Part shown: in pieces, positions 25,751 through 37,009 of the stretch
Layout of the letters: the number at the start of each line of letters is the position of its first letter
Numbering within the stretch: the first letter of the stretch is position 1
Origin: Octopus sinensis
Taxonomy: Eukaryota
Reading direction: 5' to 3'
Length of the DNA: 64,000 nt
NCBI RefSeq assembly: GCF_006345805.1
Contig: NC_043017.1
Location: 1,426,001-1,490,000, forward strand
Made by a program: the position numbers and the translations under genes
The notes under the pieces: generated by a model
What the model was told of the DNA's origin: nothing
Seen by the model: the letters and a program-made list of their open reading frames with translations, nothing else
The model's database searches: none

Positions 25751-26586
25751 GAGCATCCCGAGTTGACGTTGAGCGACTTCAACACAACCAAAGCATTATA
25801 TAGGGGATTAGTGGAGGAGAGGTACGACGACGAGCTCGGGGCAAACCTGGGCGACGACGAGGAATAGCTGTTCAAGACGACTTTCGGGCCGCGACCTATG
25901 GATAACTTCCAGAGATCCCTTGCCTGGCAGTGCTACCGAGAAGCGCTACCCGTTCGGGATAAGCTCTACAGACGCGGCTCAAGAAAAACGGGGCCGATCT
26001 GCCCCGATCTGCCTCCTTCCTTCAAACGGGAAGGAATAGCTATTCTTATCATACTTGTGGCAATGGCGAAAGAATGTATCTGGTAGACGTGTCTGAAAGG
26101 ATTGGAGACAAGCACTTTCCTTTCTGGTCAATCTCTCATCAACTTCTTCAAGTATCACTTGAAGAGGAAGGTGAGAGTAGAGAGGCAAGTTTTGTCTAGT
26201 GAATGTTTCAAAAAAAGATGTGTGAATGTAGAAAGGATGGCACGTATGAATGACGAAGCCACCTTGAGCATAATCCTATGGACCCGGAAAAATTTAAAAC
26301 AGAGAGTTACTTACTTGCAAATAAATGTGTTAACATGGGACATTATTGACCGACGTTACCGGGGTCTTTTCCGTAGGCTTTTCTTTCCAGGGATAGACCT
26401 TATCTGTTTCCCCCTTTACTCCTTACATCATGATATTTCTGTGATACTCGATCCCTATTGATCTTTTTTTTACGATCGCCTTTGATCGAAAGCCTACCCT
26501 TCCCCTTTGTTTCCTCCCCCAAAAGAAAAGCTCTACTTTGTAATGTGTCCCCTCTGTGTTCAGCCCTGTGTGGCTAATAAAGAAAC
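25751..26586 (+). mobile_element. L1/Tx1-like LINE, 5'-truncated, with 3' UTR, inserted in (TATC)n
   Basis: TKALYRGLVEERYDDELG...MDNFQRSLAWQCYREALPVRDKLYRRGSRKTGPICP, then LINFFKYHLKRKVRVERQVLSSECFKKR. Ends AATAAAGAAA. The knuckle present in the 13.2-kb copy is missing here, at a duplicated CCGATCTGCC. Confidence 0.8.
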
Positions 26587-26883
26587 ATATCTATCCATCT
26601 ATCCATCTATCTATCCATCTATTTATCTATCTTTCTATTTATTTATCTGTCTGTATGTCAGTCTAAATATTTATTCCTTTATAAACGAATCAATCATTGT
26701 CTCTGTTGTTAGTGGCGCTGTTTACTGTTTGTCGAATCAAATTTATATTGACGATCATGGTGATTAGAAATATTACTTTCGTATATCGTCAGTTACAGTT
26801 CGCCTTGATCTTAGTCATTTTATTTGATCCTTGTCCCTCTCTCTTCCTCTCTCTACATATAATTATTTATATATATACATGTC

Positions 26884-26936
<53 letters not shown>

Positions 26937-27068
26937 CCGGAGTAAACACATAAATGTGAAACAAGGTGGAGAAAAGAGTACTCAAATACCAGTGGTAGAG
27001 TAATATGCTTCATTTTAAGCAGCAGAAAATTCAACAAAATATATATATATATATATTTAGATAAATAT

Positions 27069-27175
<107 letters not shown>

Positions 27176-27215
27176 CTAAATATATATATATATATATACG
27201 CATACGCGTATATAT

Positions 27216-27385
27216 TGGCGCAGGCGTGGGTGTGTGGTAAGAATCGTCCTTCCCACAACATTGTTCGGAGTTCAATTCTACTGCGTAGTACCCCTGGCAA
27301 GTGTCTTCTGCATTAACCTCGGGCCGACCAAAGCATTACGAATGGATACAGTAGAACGAAACTCAAAGAAGCTTATCGCATAGAT
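27216..27385 (+). mobile_element. SINE family A 5' part
   Basis: GGCGCAGGCGTGGGTGTGTGGTAAG...GAGTTCAATTCTACTGCG...GGCAAGTGTCTTCTG...CTCGGGCCGACCAAAGC. Confidence 0.8.
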
Positions 27386-28304
27386 ATTGCATATAAACAT
27401 TGATCGTTCATTTTTTATTTTCCTGTCTTGATAATGAGAGAAGAGAAATTACAACTAGAGTGATTTTATTCAGTGATATTATTCTATCGTTGGAAAGGAA
27501 AAAGGACCGAGAGAAAGGATGGCGGTGAAAGAAGTCAATGATGTTGATGGGTTCGACTCTAAGTAATAGGCAACCGGAAATATTTGCGCAATCGTTAATA
27601 GTGACAGAGTTTGTCTTAGACAGCAATGGAAACACCATTACTACCTAAATGCAATGGTAATCGTTGTACTGCATCAAATGCGAAGAGATACATATTCCCC
27701 AGACAGAAGAAATCCTTACGGGAGTAGGCGCGAACATGCTGACAACAAAATGTAGACTCTGACGCTCGTCAGATCCCATTAAGCAACAATTTAGTAACCT
27801 GTGGTCAGAAAGCGTTTAGCATATTCTCATTTTATAAACTGTAGAACTCAACTGAAAACGGGAGAAGATTAAGAGAAAACAGTTTTATTGAGAAGTTGAA
27901 CCACATATTAAATGGACGTAGACGACGACGACGACGAAGACGATGAAGATCAAGTCGAAAACAACATCAGCAACAACTACGACGACGGCGATGATGATGA
28001 TAATAGCGAGCAACTAAGACAGACAAAAAAGAAATGTTGGTAAACAAAAGTAGAAATGGAAGAAATCAAACGCAGAATTCACAAGAAAGAGCTTATAGAT
28101 GTCAGTGCAGATACATTGAGGCTCAGATAAAACGTATGAAGAGACCCCTAAATATGCGCGGAGAGCCAGAATATAACTTTCCTGATGAAGAATTTGTCAA
28201 TTCTAGTAGACATATGAACGTCTGTTGAAATCGTTTTTATTCGATAACAGATTCTGAAGCCTGGTTGCAATGAAGCCACTGGTTCTTACTATTCGGAGTC
28301 GGAG

Positions 28305-28640
28305 ACACCCTTCAGTCATGACTGACCATGGGATTGCACCTAGAAAGTTACCCTCCCAGGCAGAAGTCCAAGCAAGCTTGTTTATGAAGACCAGCAGTCA
28401 CCCATGCATACTAGCCTCACCTCTCCACGCCATTGATGTTATCCGAGGGTAAAGGCAAAGAAGCCGATACAGCTTGGCACCATTGTTGTCGCAATTCATT
28501 TCTACAGCTGACTGAAATGGAGCAACGTGAAATAAAGTGTCTTGCTTAAGAACACAACACGCAGCTCGGTTCGGGAGTCAAACTCACAACCTCACGGTCG
28601 TAAGTTTGGCGCTCTAAATACTGAGCCATGCGCCTTCACC
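28305..28640 (-). mobile_element. tRNA-derived, CORE-like SINE family D
   Basis: Minus strand GTGAAGGCGCATGGCTCAGTATTTAGAGCG...GAGTTTGACTCCC...TTGTGTTCTTAAGCAAGACACTT...CAGCTGTAGAAATG, 3' GCAATCCCATGGTCAGTCATGACTGAAGGG. Confidence 0.75.
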
Positions 28641-28699
28641 AATTATTTTGGTTCCTATTATTATGGTGACGTAAAGAGATCCATTTTTCATTTCCAATT

Positions 28700-29110
28700 A
28701 GAATTCGATGCAAAAAAGAAAAAAAACGTCGTTGAGCAAATGCATAAGGATGTCCTCGATTGCGTCGGTTCAACAGGCCAAGGCTTACGGAGGTTCTTAT
28801 TGATGGTTCTTTACGAAGGCCACGTTCTACCGACAATGTGCGAGTGCCTGTGCTTCACTGTTGTTCAGCCATTTCTGTTCAACAAGGTCTTATCTTCCAC
28901 AACAGTTTTCCCTGACATTGGTTTGCCTTCTTGGTTAGTTCAGATTCTTTGGGACGTCTGAACCAGTTTTGTGCCACACGTTCGTTGACAAATCCTGGGC
29001 CATCCATATTTTTTATTTCTTTTGCCGCTGCAATTGCACTCAATCTATTTTTTCTCAAAGGTAGCGTAAAATTGTTCCAATTGCAATTTTTTGACCACTC
29101 GTTATCAAAG
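28700..29110 (-). mobile_element. Mariner (Tc1/mariner) transposase N-terminal HTH remnant
   Basis: SAIAAAKEIKNMDGPGFVNERVAQNWFRR...EGKPMSGK..VEDKTL...EQQ*STGTRTLSVERG...SLGLLNRR, matching A..AA..I...YG...V.ER.AQ.WF.RF...ED.PRSGRP...STR.L. Frameshifted. Confidence 0.75.
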
Positions 29111-29559
29111 CTGTAAAATTAAAAACGAACAATCAATGTTTATTTGTATTGCATTAAAATAAATAATAAAGAATTCAGCGACGATTGGATGCGTTCTATC
29201 AAATAAATGATATAACATTTAGATACAAGTAGCCACAATTCATCAGTGAAAATCTTTAAAAATGTTTCACTCGAATTTGTAAGTGAGTCACTAAACACAC
29301 ATAGTTGGTGCTATTAAGTTAGACATGGCCTGGACCAATCTTTGGTCGAAACATATCTAAGTTTATCTAAGTTTATATGTATTGAGTATCAAGTTGACTT
29401 CACTTCTCAGCTTTCTTAAAGTTTCGCGAAACTGAAGAATACCGAGGCCAGTTCCTTGGACATATGAAGATAAATGTTGAGGTTTTGCTCAATCTCTCGC
29501 TCTCATTTCTCTCTCTATCTACGTCTATCAGTCTGTGTCTGTTATATCGTTAAACTCTG

Positions 29560-29741
29560 CACATGTTTCTCTCTCTCTCTGTTTTTTCATTCTTTACTAA
29601 TTTTCTCCCCTCTCAACCCTTCTCTCAAAGAGCGTAGGCTTGAAACGTCAAAGGCTTTGCTATTATTCCCGTACATGCGTCAAAATAATACATCTGCTTA
29701 TTGTTCTTTCAACTCTCTTCATCTTTTGTTTTCTGTAAATT

Positions 29742-29745
<4 letters not shown>
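29560..29745 (+). mobile_element. Short hammerhead-bearing (PLE-type) element ending in (TA)n
   Basis: GAGCGTAGGCTTGAAACGTCAAAG...TTCCCG..GCGTCAAAATAATACATCTGCTT...CATCTTTTGTTTTCTGTAAATTTG; homologous to 36370-36540(-). Confidence 0.6.
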
Positions 29746-29777
<32 letters not shown>

Positions 29778-30499
29778 ACACACCTGCACAGCACTGAGAG
29801 TGTATGAGGAAGAATGAAGGAGAGTGGGAGAGAGAGAGAAAGAGAGAGGGGGGAGAGATAATAGTTTGCATATTTCCTCCAAAATTATTTTCATACTTTT
29901 CTAACCAAACCTACCTCACCAGACAGTATTTTTCAGAAGCTGACTGCTAAATAAAATGTCTGATTATGTTGACTTTGTTATTTATGCAGACAACAACGAA
30001 GCTTGCCATAGTCTACAGCGTTGTTTGAACCACGTATTTTCTTAGATGATTATAACTTGAAACTCATTTAAAGCAACGTTAGAAATACGTTCTTGTTTAG
30101 TATTTATTAGTTTACATATCCTTATGATCGTGGTTAATCTTCATTATTCATTATTTACCGAATCTACACGGAAAGATGATTCATTCGGGATATTGTCCGC
30201 CGTATAAACAGACTTTGTGTTAGTAATTTCAATAGATGAAAGGTTATTGTAATCGCTATAGACGACAGAGAAGTGATGGCGGCGAAGAGATCTTGATTGC
30301 GTTTTGATACTCGAAATGTATGATTTGTGATTTCCAGCAGACGACAAAATTATTTATAGAAAGAGGAAGAAAGCCCGACAGAAAGAGAGACAGCGTCAGA
30401 TCATGAGATACAGAAAGAAGAAGAAACCTACATAACCATAATGAACACATGACGTGGAATAATAGACGTTTGTAGAGAACGGGTAGAGAGTCTTATTTC

Positions 30500-30803
30500 A
30501 TTTATTTCATTTTTTTTATTTCATCAAGTTGCAGCTCACGAGCTGTGGCCATGCTGGGGCACTGCCATTTGATGTTGCTACATAATTTTACTTCACGAAT
30601 GCATTTTTAGCAATTGACATTTGGTGGTTCATAAGGGAGTTTGATGCAGCTGCCCTCAGTTGCACCTCCTGCCGCGAAGGTGGTTCATCTGGGACACCTG
30701 ACAGGAAGGGGTCCAGCTTTATTTTGAAGGCACATACATCCACCCCGTGCAGGTCTCTCAGGTCCTTCGGGAGGATATTGAAGAGCTGTGGACCCCTGTT
30801 GCT
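30500..30803 (-). mobile_element. CR1-like LINE 3' end
   Basis: RGPQLFNILPKDLRDLHGVDVCAFKIKLDPFLSGVPDEPPSRQEVQLRAAASNSLMNHQ, then a short UTR, a stem-loop and an (ATGAAATA)-like repeat tail. Confidence 0.85.
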
Positions 30804-32566
30804 TTATCTGTTAGAGTCAGAAATAGAATCAACAGAATAACGGCAAATTCTATCCCCTGGGGTAGTGTTTCCCCCACTGGTAGGTTTGCCGCTAACAATA
30901 GCTCTTGAGTTTGCCAACAACCCCGAGTACTAAAGGTCAAAACAGGCTCATTACTGCAGATCCTCACACACAAACGCGTCGCCCTCGATGGACCCGCTCC
31001 TCGCCCCGTTTTAATTACGCTACTGGTTTCTGCTCCTTCCAAATAACTATTTCTAGTTCTACATCTGCGGATTGAGCAGAAGGTGTAAAAATTGCTAGAT
31101 TTTATAAAATTGGGAAAATGTTGAACACTCATAAAAAGTGTTAAAAATCTCCATTGTGAGAAAAAAAATACAGCAAAATATATTTTGTTTCCTGATTAAT
31201 ATAGATAAGGGAAATATTTTATAGTTTTGTTGTGGTAGACATGCCGGTATTTGTCAGTTTGAAATCCACTGGCCTAATAGGGTTGCACAAAGTCAATATT
31301 AAATGAATAAATATATGAATTAATAAAAAGCAATTCTGAAATATAAAAATATGACAAATTGCTGTATTTTAAGAAACTGCTGACGTAACACTGTATATAT
31401 TTTCATGGCATATACAAAGTATACATTCACACACACATACATTGGCTTGCATACACAATCATACATTCACACACACACACACACATATATATATAAATAC
31501 ATATACATACGTGTATGTGGGTGTATATATACGTATACACAGAAGCATATATACCTATCAACACGTACATAGACGAGCACATGCGCATGCATGAGTTTAA
31601 GTAAAATTGTTTGGTGCGTGAATTAGAAATTTGAAATCAGTGATGGAGAATTGTGAGTGTTTTCTCAAGAGATGGAGGAATGTGTCAATTTAAACTAATG
31701 TAAGAATAGAATTTCTGGGGTAGCTCATTAGAGTACTGAGGGTTAGGTTTTGCTAGTAAAGCAAAAAGTATATTTTAAGTATAAGCATTATCCAATAATA
31801 TTGAATATAGGTGAATTAATAAACCGTATCGATACGAAGCGATATACAAATTGATACTTGCATGACGAAACAATAAAATATTGGACGGTATTCTATGAAA
31901 GTTCAATTTATAAATAAATACGTACACGCAAAAATATAACAATAGATAAGTAATATAAATGTGATTTATGGCGGAAGCCAAAACGCTTATATGTATATGT
32001 GTTCGTAAACCCTTAAGTAGATTGCAGGAACTATGGCAGAAAAATGCGCTGGGATTTACTAAGTGCAACATATATAATATAAAGCTGAAAGAGGGAGGTG
32101 GGTAGGGGTTTGATAGGAAGTCGGAGATTATAACGACGTATTGGTAAGTTATAAATATCTGTAACGAAGCAGCGTTAGGCGTCGCCTGGGATATTCGACT
32201 ATTACAAGAGAAGATTGCTTTCTTAAGTTACAGACATTCATGTGTATATACATATATATATATATACATATATATATTCACACATATATATGTACATATA
32301 TATGTATATACATATATATATATACATATATATATACATATATATGTACATGCATATATACATGCATATATATACATATACATACATATACATACATATA
32401 TATATGCATGTATGTATATGAGGTCTCGATGTGCTTATCATGTGTCTCTTATATGGGCCACTTTATATATGCTTTGCTTTCAAAGGCAATAGCTATTTAC
32501 AAAGTGAACACATTTAGATACATTTATTGAGCTAGTTTGGGCTGCACGTGTATGCATGTATGAATG

Positions 32567-32619
<53 letters not shown>

Positions 32620-32716
32620 CGTATGTATAGACGTATGTATGGACGTATGTATATATATATTTATTTATTTATTTATTTATTTACTTATTTATTTATTTAC
32701 ATACACATACACACAC

Positions 32717-32765
<49 letters not shown>

Positions 32766-32905
32766 CATGTAAAGCAATTTATAATCAGATACCCATATAT
32801 AAGCATATATACATACATATATATATACATACACACACACTCACACATATATATATATATTATACATATATATATATATATATATATACATACACACACA
32901 CACAT

Positions 32906-32938
<33 letters not shown>

Positions 32939-33339
32939 CATACACACAAACATATATATATATGTACATATACTACCTAGGGCATTGCAATAAACATTGT
33001 CATTGCAGTGTACTGTAAGTTTAAATCGATAATAAAAAAAAATCTGTAACGTAGATCATTCGAAATACGGCGATGCATTTGACTGTGCACTTTAAATTAT
33101 ATTTTGTAATATAGCTTTTACGAAACAAATATAAGTGTAATTGTACGATAACAAACTATTATTTTTAGCAGCCTCTCTGGCCAGGTATCAACATTCAGTC
33201 GTGCAAACGTATGCATGAACAATGATCAATTTCTCCTTTGCTAGGAAATTGTCGCGTAAACATCACAATACGAAGGGCATTTTATCCTTTGGTCTAATTC
33301 AACGAGAAAATTGAATGCGCAATATTCTTTCTTTTCTAC

Positions 33340-33562
33340 TCTAGGCACAAAGCTCGAAATTTTGTGGGGGGAAAGGGACCAGTCGAATAGATCGACCCCA
33401 GTACCTAACTGGTGCTTATTTTATCGATGCCGAAAGGATGAAAGGTAAAGTCGACTTCGGCGGAATTTGAACTCAGAACGTAGCGGCAGACGAAATACCT
33501 ATTTCTTTACTACTCACAAGGGGATAAACAGAGAGAGGACAAGCAAGGACAGACAAACGGAT
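33340..33562 (-). mobile_element. SINE family B, permuted/dimeric copy
   Basis: On the minus strand a family-B 3' tail (…CCCTTGTGAGTAGTAAAGAAATA) runs directly into GGTATTTCGTCTGCCGCTACGTTCTGAGTTCAAATTCC… and a second, different 3' end. Confidence 0.85.
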
Positions 33563-34194
33563 TGTGACAGCAACACAGTGTTCCTCTAAAATTAATTGAT
33601 CACATCCATGCCAGGGCCAAATCATTTAAATCTTCGTTGGTATAACCAGTGTTGTAAATATAATCTAAAAGAAAGACAGTCTCGTTCGCAAAATTTTACG
33701 TAAACAACAAATATATTTTCCAACAAAACAAACGCCGGAATGTTTTCGAAATTATATTGGCAAACACAATTACTTTAACTGACATTTACATTATGTGCCA
33801 TCCTGTCCACATTGATCAGCCAGTATGAAGTTTATCGAATCCGTTACGTTACCCAGAAATCTATTTTAAAATTCCACCACCAATGTTTAGTATACACCAT
33901 TTTTTTTTTGTGTGTTTATCCTAAAGAATAATAAGACAGCAATTCTAAGCAACATTGCGGGTTTTTTGGCCTTCGGTTTATGCCAAGAAAAATACAAACA
34001 TATGTTCGAAGCTTCATTCACGCTATCAGAATATAACTGTGTTCTTTATAACATTACAGCGCGTCTTTTCCCATCTTTAAAACCCAGAATCGTTTGATTT
34101 ATTCTCAAACTCTCAGCAGACTCAACCATCATTGCTACTTCCAGTGAATCTCTAGCATACACTTTCTTTCATCCATTAATTGTTTAGCTTGTTC

Positions 34195-34235
34195 CTTCTC
34201 GGCTTTTTGGCTAAGATCAAAGTGCATTAACTGTT
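34195..34235 (+). pseudogene. U2: U2 snRNA 5' fragment (pseudogene)
   Basis: CTTCTCGGCTTTTTGGCTAAGATCAAAGTG matches the U2 5' end (CTTCTCGGCCTTTTGGCTAAGATCAAAGTG) at 29/30. The next 11 nt match TAGTATCTGTT at 8/11; no 3' half is seen. Confidence 0.85.
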
Positions 34236-34559
34236 AAGTCTTTGATTTCTCCTTATATCTTCAGCGTTTTCAAAATTCATTGGGCGTATCAGCGAATCGC
34301 CAGCTCTTTCAGTTCACACTGTAGTACGACTATTTCCTCGTCATAAAACAATAAGCGGTTCCGTCTATTCTGAATAGAAACAGCAATTCCAAGCATTGCT
34401 TCGATGTTACAAGCAAAAAAAAACATGATTATTTTTGTTCCACTCTATTGCACGTTTTTCGCCTATCCATTTGCCTCTCGTCATAAACGAATAAATCTTT
34501 GTTTTCTCCTAAAAGCTACCAATGGTTTTAAGCCTCATTAATTTTATCAGTGAATCACT

Positions 34560-35030
34560 GAGTTCTGTGGATTCACATGTTACTCACCGCTTCCCTTGGA
34601 CATTCATGCAACCACTACATTAAGAAGATTGCATCTATAATGATTTTAACAAGTATTATTGTACCGCTCACACAGGAGTAATACAATAATACACGTTTGG
34701 AAAACTTGTTTGTTTGATGGGCAACACTGAAAGGGCTGGAGACAATCACTTCCCTTAGGGGCCAAACTCCCATAAACATTTTCAAGTTTCCATTTCACTA
34801 ATGTTTTAGCAGGACAAAGCCCTTTCTACTTCCTTCTTCAGCTCATGAACTACAGTATTGTTTCCATATATGGATTTCCTTTCTTTCCAGTTAATTTCAG
34901 AAAAAAGATTATCTCTTATAACAGATGAATACCTGTAGGCATACGGTGCTGCCGTTTAACAACTATTCACAAGATTCAGATATGGTGTCAGAACGGGTTA
35001 TTTTGACCCCGGCCTTCTTTTCTTTGATTT
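34560..35030 (-). mobile_element. Possible very old Penelope-like fragment
   Basis: Weak: ...AHQTNKFSKRVLLYYSCVSG resembles H...KIF....LKLSYSC; many stops. Confidence 0.3.
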
Positions 35031-35808
35031 CTCAATTATCCATGATAGACTCTATCTCTTTCACTCAAAACCATTGCTAATTTAATTTATATTTATTATG
35101 ATCCATCTACAATTTTGTTTGATACACACACGCACACACACACATATGTATCCATGTATGTATATGTAAATATATATATACATACATATTGCATATAGAA
35201 GTATGCATATAAATATACACGCGTATATATATATATATATATATATATAGATATATACATACTTACGTACAGACGGACAGACACGGACACACATAGGTAC
35301 ATATATATACTTATATATATACATACATGCATACATACTTATAAGCACTCATTTATGTACAAATTCGTTCAAAGGCTTTCAGATAAAATCACATATCTGT
35401 GAATTAATTTACATTTATTTATTTATCCATTTATTTAATTATTTATTTATTTCTAAATATTCCTCAATATGAATTGATTTCTGCTTTTCACGGCTGTAGA
35501 GTTTCTAACATTTAGATCTTGTCCGTTTTGATAACTCGGTCATATACATATACGTTTACATCGATACGAATCATTAATTTGCCTATAGTTAATATCAATG
35601 GACCGTTCATACACGTTTGGTCTTTCGATATCTAATACACCCATCACTTCTCTAATGACATTTACCAATAAAATATTCCTATAATACTTTTAATTAATTC
35701 ACACCTCGATGCTTCGATTAACTATCTTCAATTCTTTCCTTTTAACTGTGATTTCAATTTTCTAATTCATACACAAACTGTCTCACCTATTGTCTCCCTT
35801 ACACCTTC

Positions 35809-36208
35809 GTATATTGGCAATTGCGAATTTCGCTTTTTACTATATTATTTCGAAGATTTTCGCTTGAAATTACACATGAATTTCCTCTCCGCCCGTCATC
35901 TATTTATATAATTTAGTCTCCTTATAAATGTCGTTTATTATTTATATTTCTCTTTTTCAGTCACTGGACTGTGATCATACTCAGGCACCACCTTGCGGGG
36001 ATTTTGGTGGAACGAATCGATACCAGTATAATTTTTTCAACGCTGGGGCTTTCTCCATTGTATATAAATAAGGAATTCGAACACACACAAGATGACACAC
36101 AACACATAAATATATACAAGCATGCACACAGATTCACATGTATGTTTGTGTATGTATAAATATGTGTCTGAATATACATATATGTATATATAAATGTGTA
36201 TGTATGTT

Positions 36209-36246
<38 letters not shown>

Positions 36247-36260
36247 AATACAAATGTTTG

Positions 36261-36309
<49 letters not shown>

Positions 36310-36363
36310 TACAAATCTTCGAAATAATATAGTAAAAAGCGAAATTCGCAATTGCCAATATAC
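35809..36363. repeat. Perfect 51-bp inverted repeat (35809-35859 / 36313-36363)
   Basis: GTATATTGGCAATTGCGAATTTCGCTTTTTACTATATTATTTCGAAGATTT and its exact reverse complement 453 bp away. Confidence 0.95.
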
Positions 36364-36369
36364 AATATA

Positions 36370-36540
36370 CAAATGTGTGTGTGTATATTCGAAATGTACA
36401 GAAAAACAAAAGACGAAGACAGGAGTATGAACTACAAGCAGGTAGTTTGACGCTCGGGAAAGGGAGAAAAGTTTTACGTTTCGAGCATACGCTCTTCAAC
36501 AGAAAGAAATAATAGGAAATAAACAGAGATTAAAAGAAAA
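36370..36540 (-). mobile_element. Short hammerhead-bearing (PLE-type) element
   Basis: Minus strand TTTCTGTTGAAGAGCGTATGCTCGAAACGTAAAAC...TTCCCGAGCGTCAAACTACCTGCTTG...CGTCTTTTGTTTTTCTGTACATTTCG. Confidence 0.65.
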
Positions 36541-36700
36541 AAGTGATAGCACGTTGTCAACTTAATGTTACATTCCCATAAAAAGGAAGAATGCTACTGT
36601 TATTGACCCATCCATAGGAAACACCGTCTCCTCTGTCCTTATCGTTTCAAGAAAAAAATTTAAAAACTTGTGGATTTAGCGATCATGTATGGCGGATTTC

Positions 36701-36850
36701 TTTCAGTTTCTGTCTACTAAATTCACTTATAAGGCAATGGTCTCTCCGGAGCAATATTACATTTGTGGAGGACACTTATCCAAGGTAGGATTGAACGCAG
36801 AATCATATGATTGTGAAACAAGCTTTTTACTACATAGTCATACCTGCCCA
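36701..36850 (-). mobile_element. SINE family A 5' part, diverged
   Basis: TTTCAGTTTCTGTCTACTAAATTCACTTATAAGGC...GACACTTATCCAAGGT...CTACATAGTCATACCTGCC. Confidence 0.7.
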
Positions 36851-37009
36851 CATGTGTTCCACGTTGTATTAATTTCCGTATGAAACCCTCTTAAGTTTAT
36901 TCAGTTTATAAATTGAAGTTTATATACAGGTGCAGGAGTGATAGCCTCATTATCCGTTATATAGGTATACATAATCTTCTCTACTAAAGACACAAGTCAT
37001 GAAATTCAT

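Noticed and set aside
28180-28225. CTGATGA followed by a perfect AGAATT/AATTCT hairpin
   Set aside because: No GAAA follows stem II, so it cannot form a hammerhead.
28542-28961. 139-aa plus-strand ORF
   Set aside because: It is the antisense shadow of the mariner remnant and SINE D.
29310-29365. GACCA/TGGTC hairpin followed by GAAAC
   Set aside because: The CUGANGA core is absent upstream.
30805-31132. ORF 30758..31132(-) as a gene
   Set aside because: Its 3' end overlaps the CR1 remnant in another frame and the rest has no recognisable motif.
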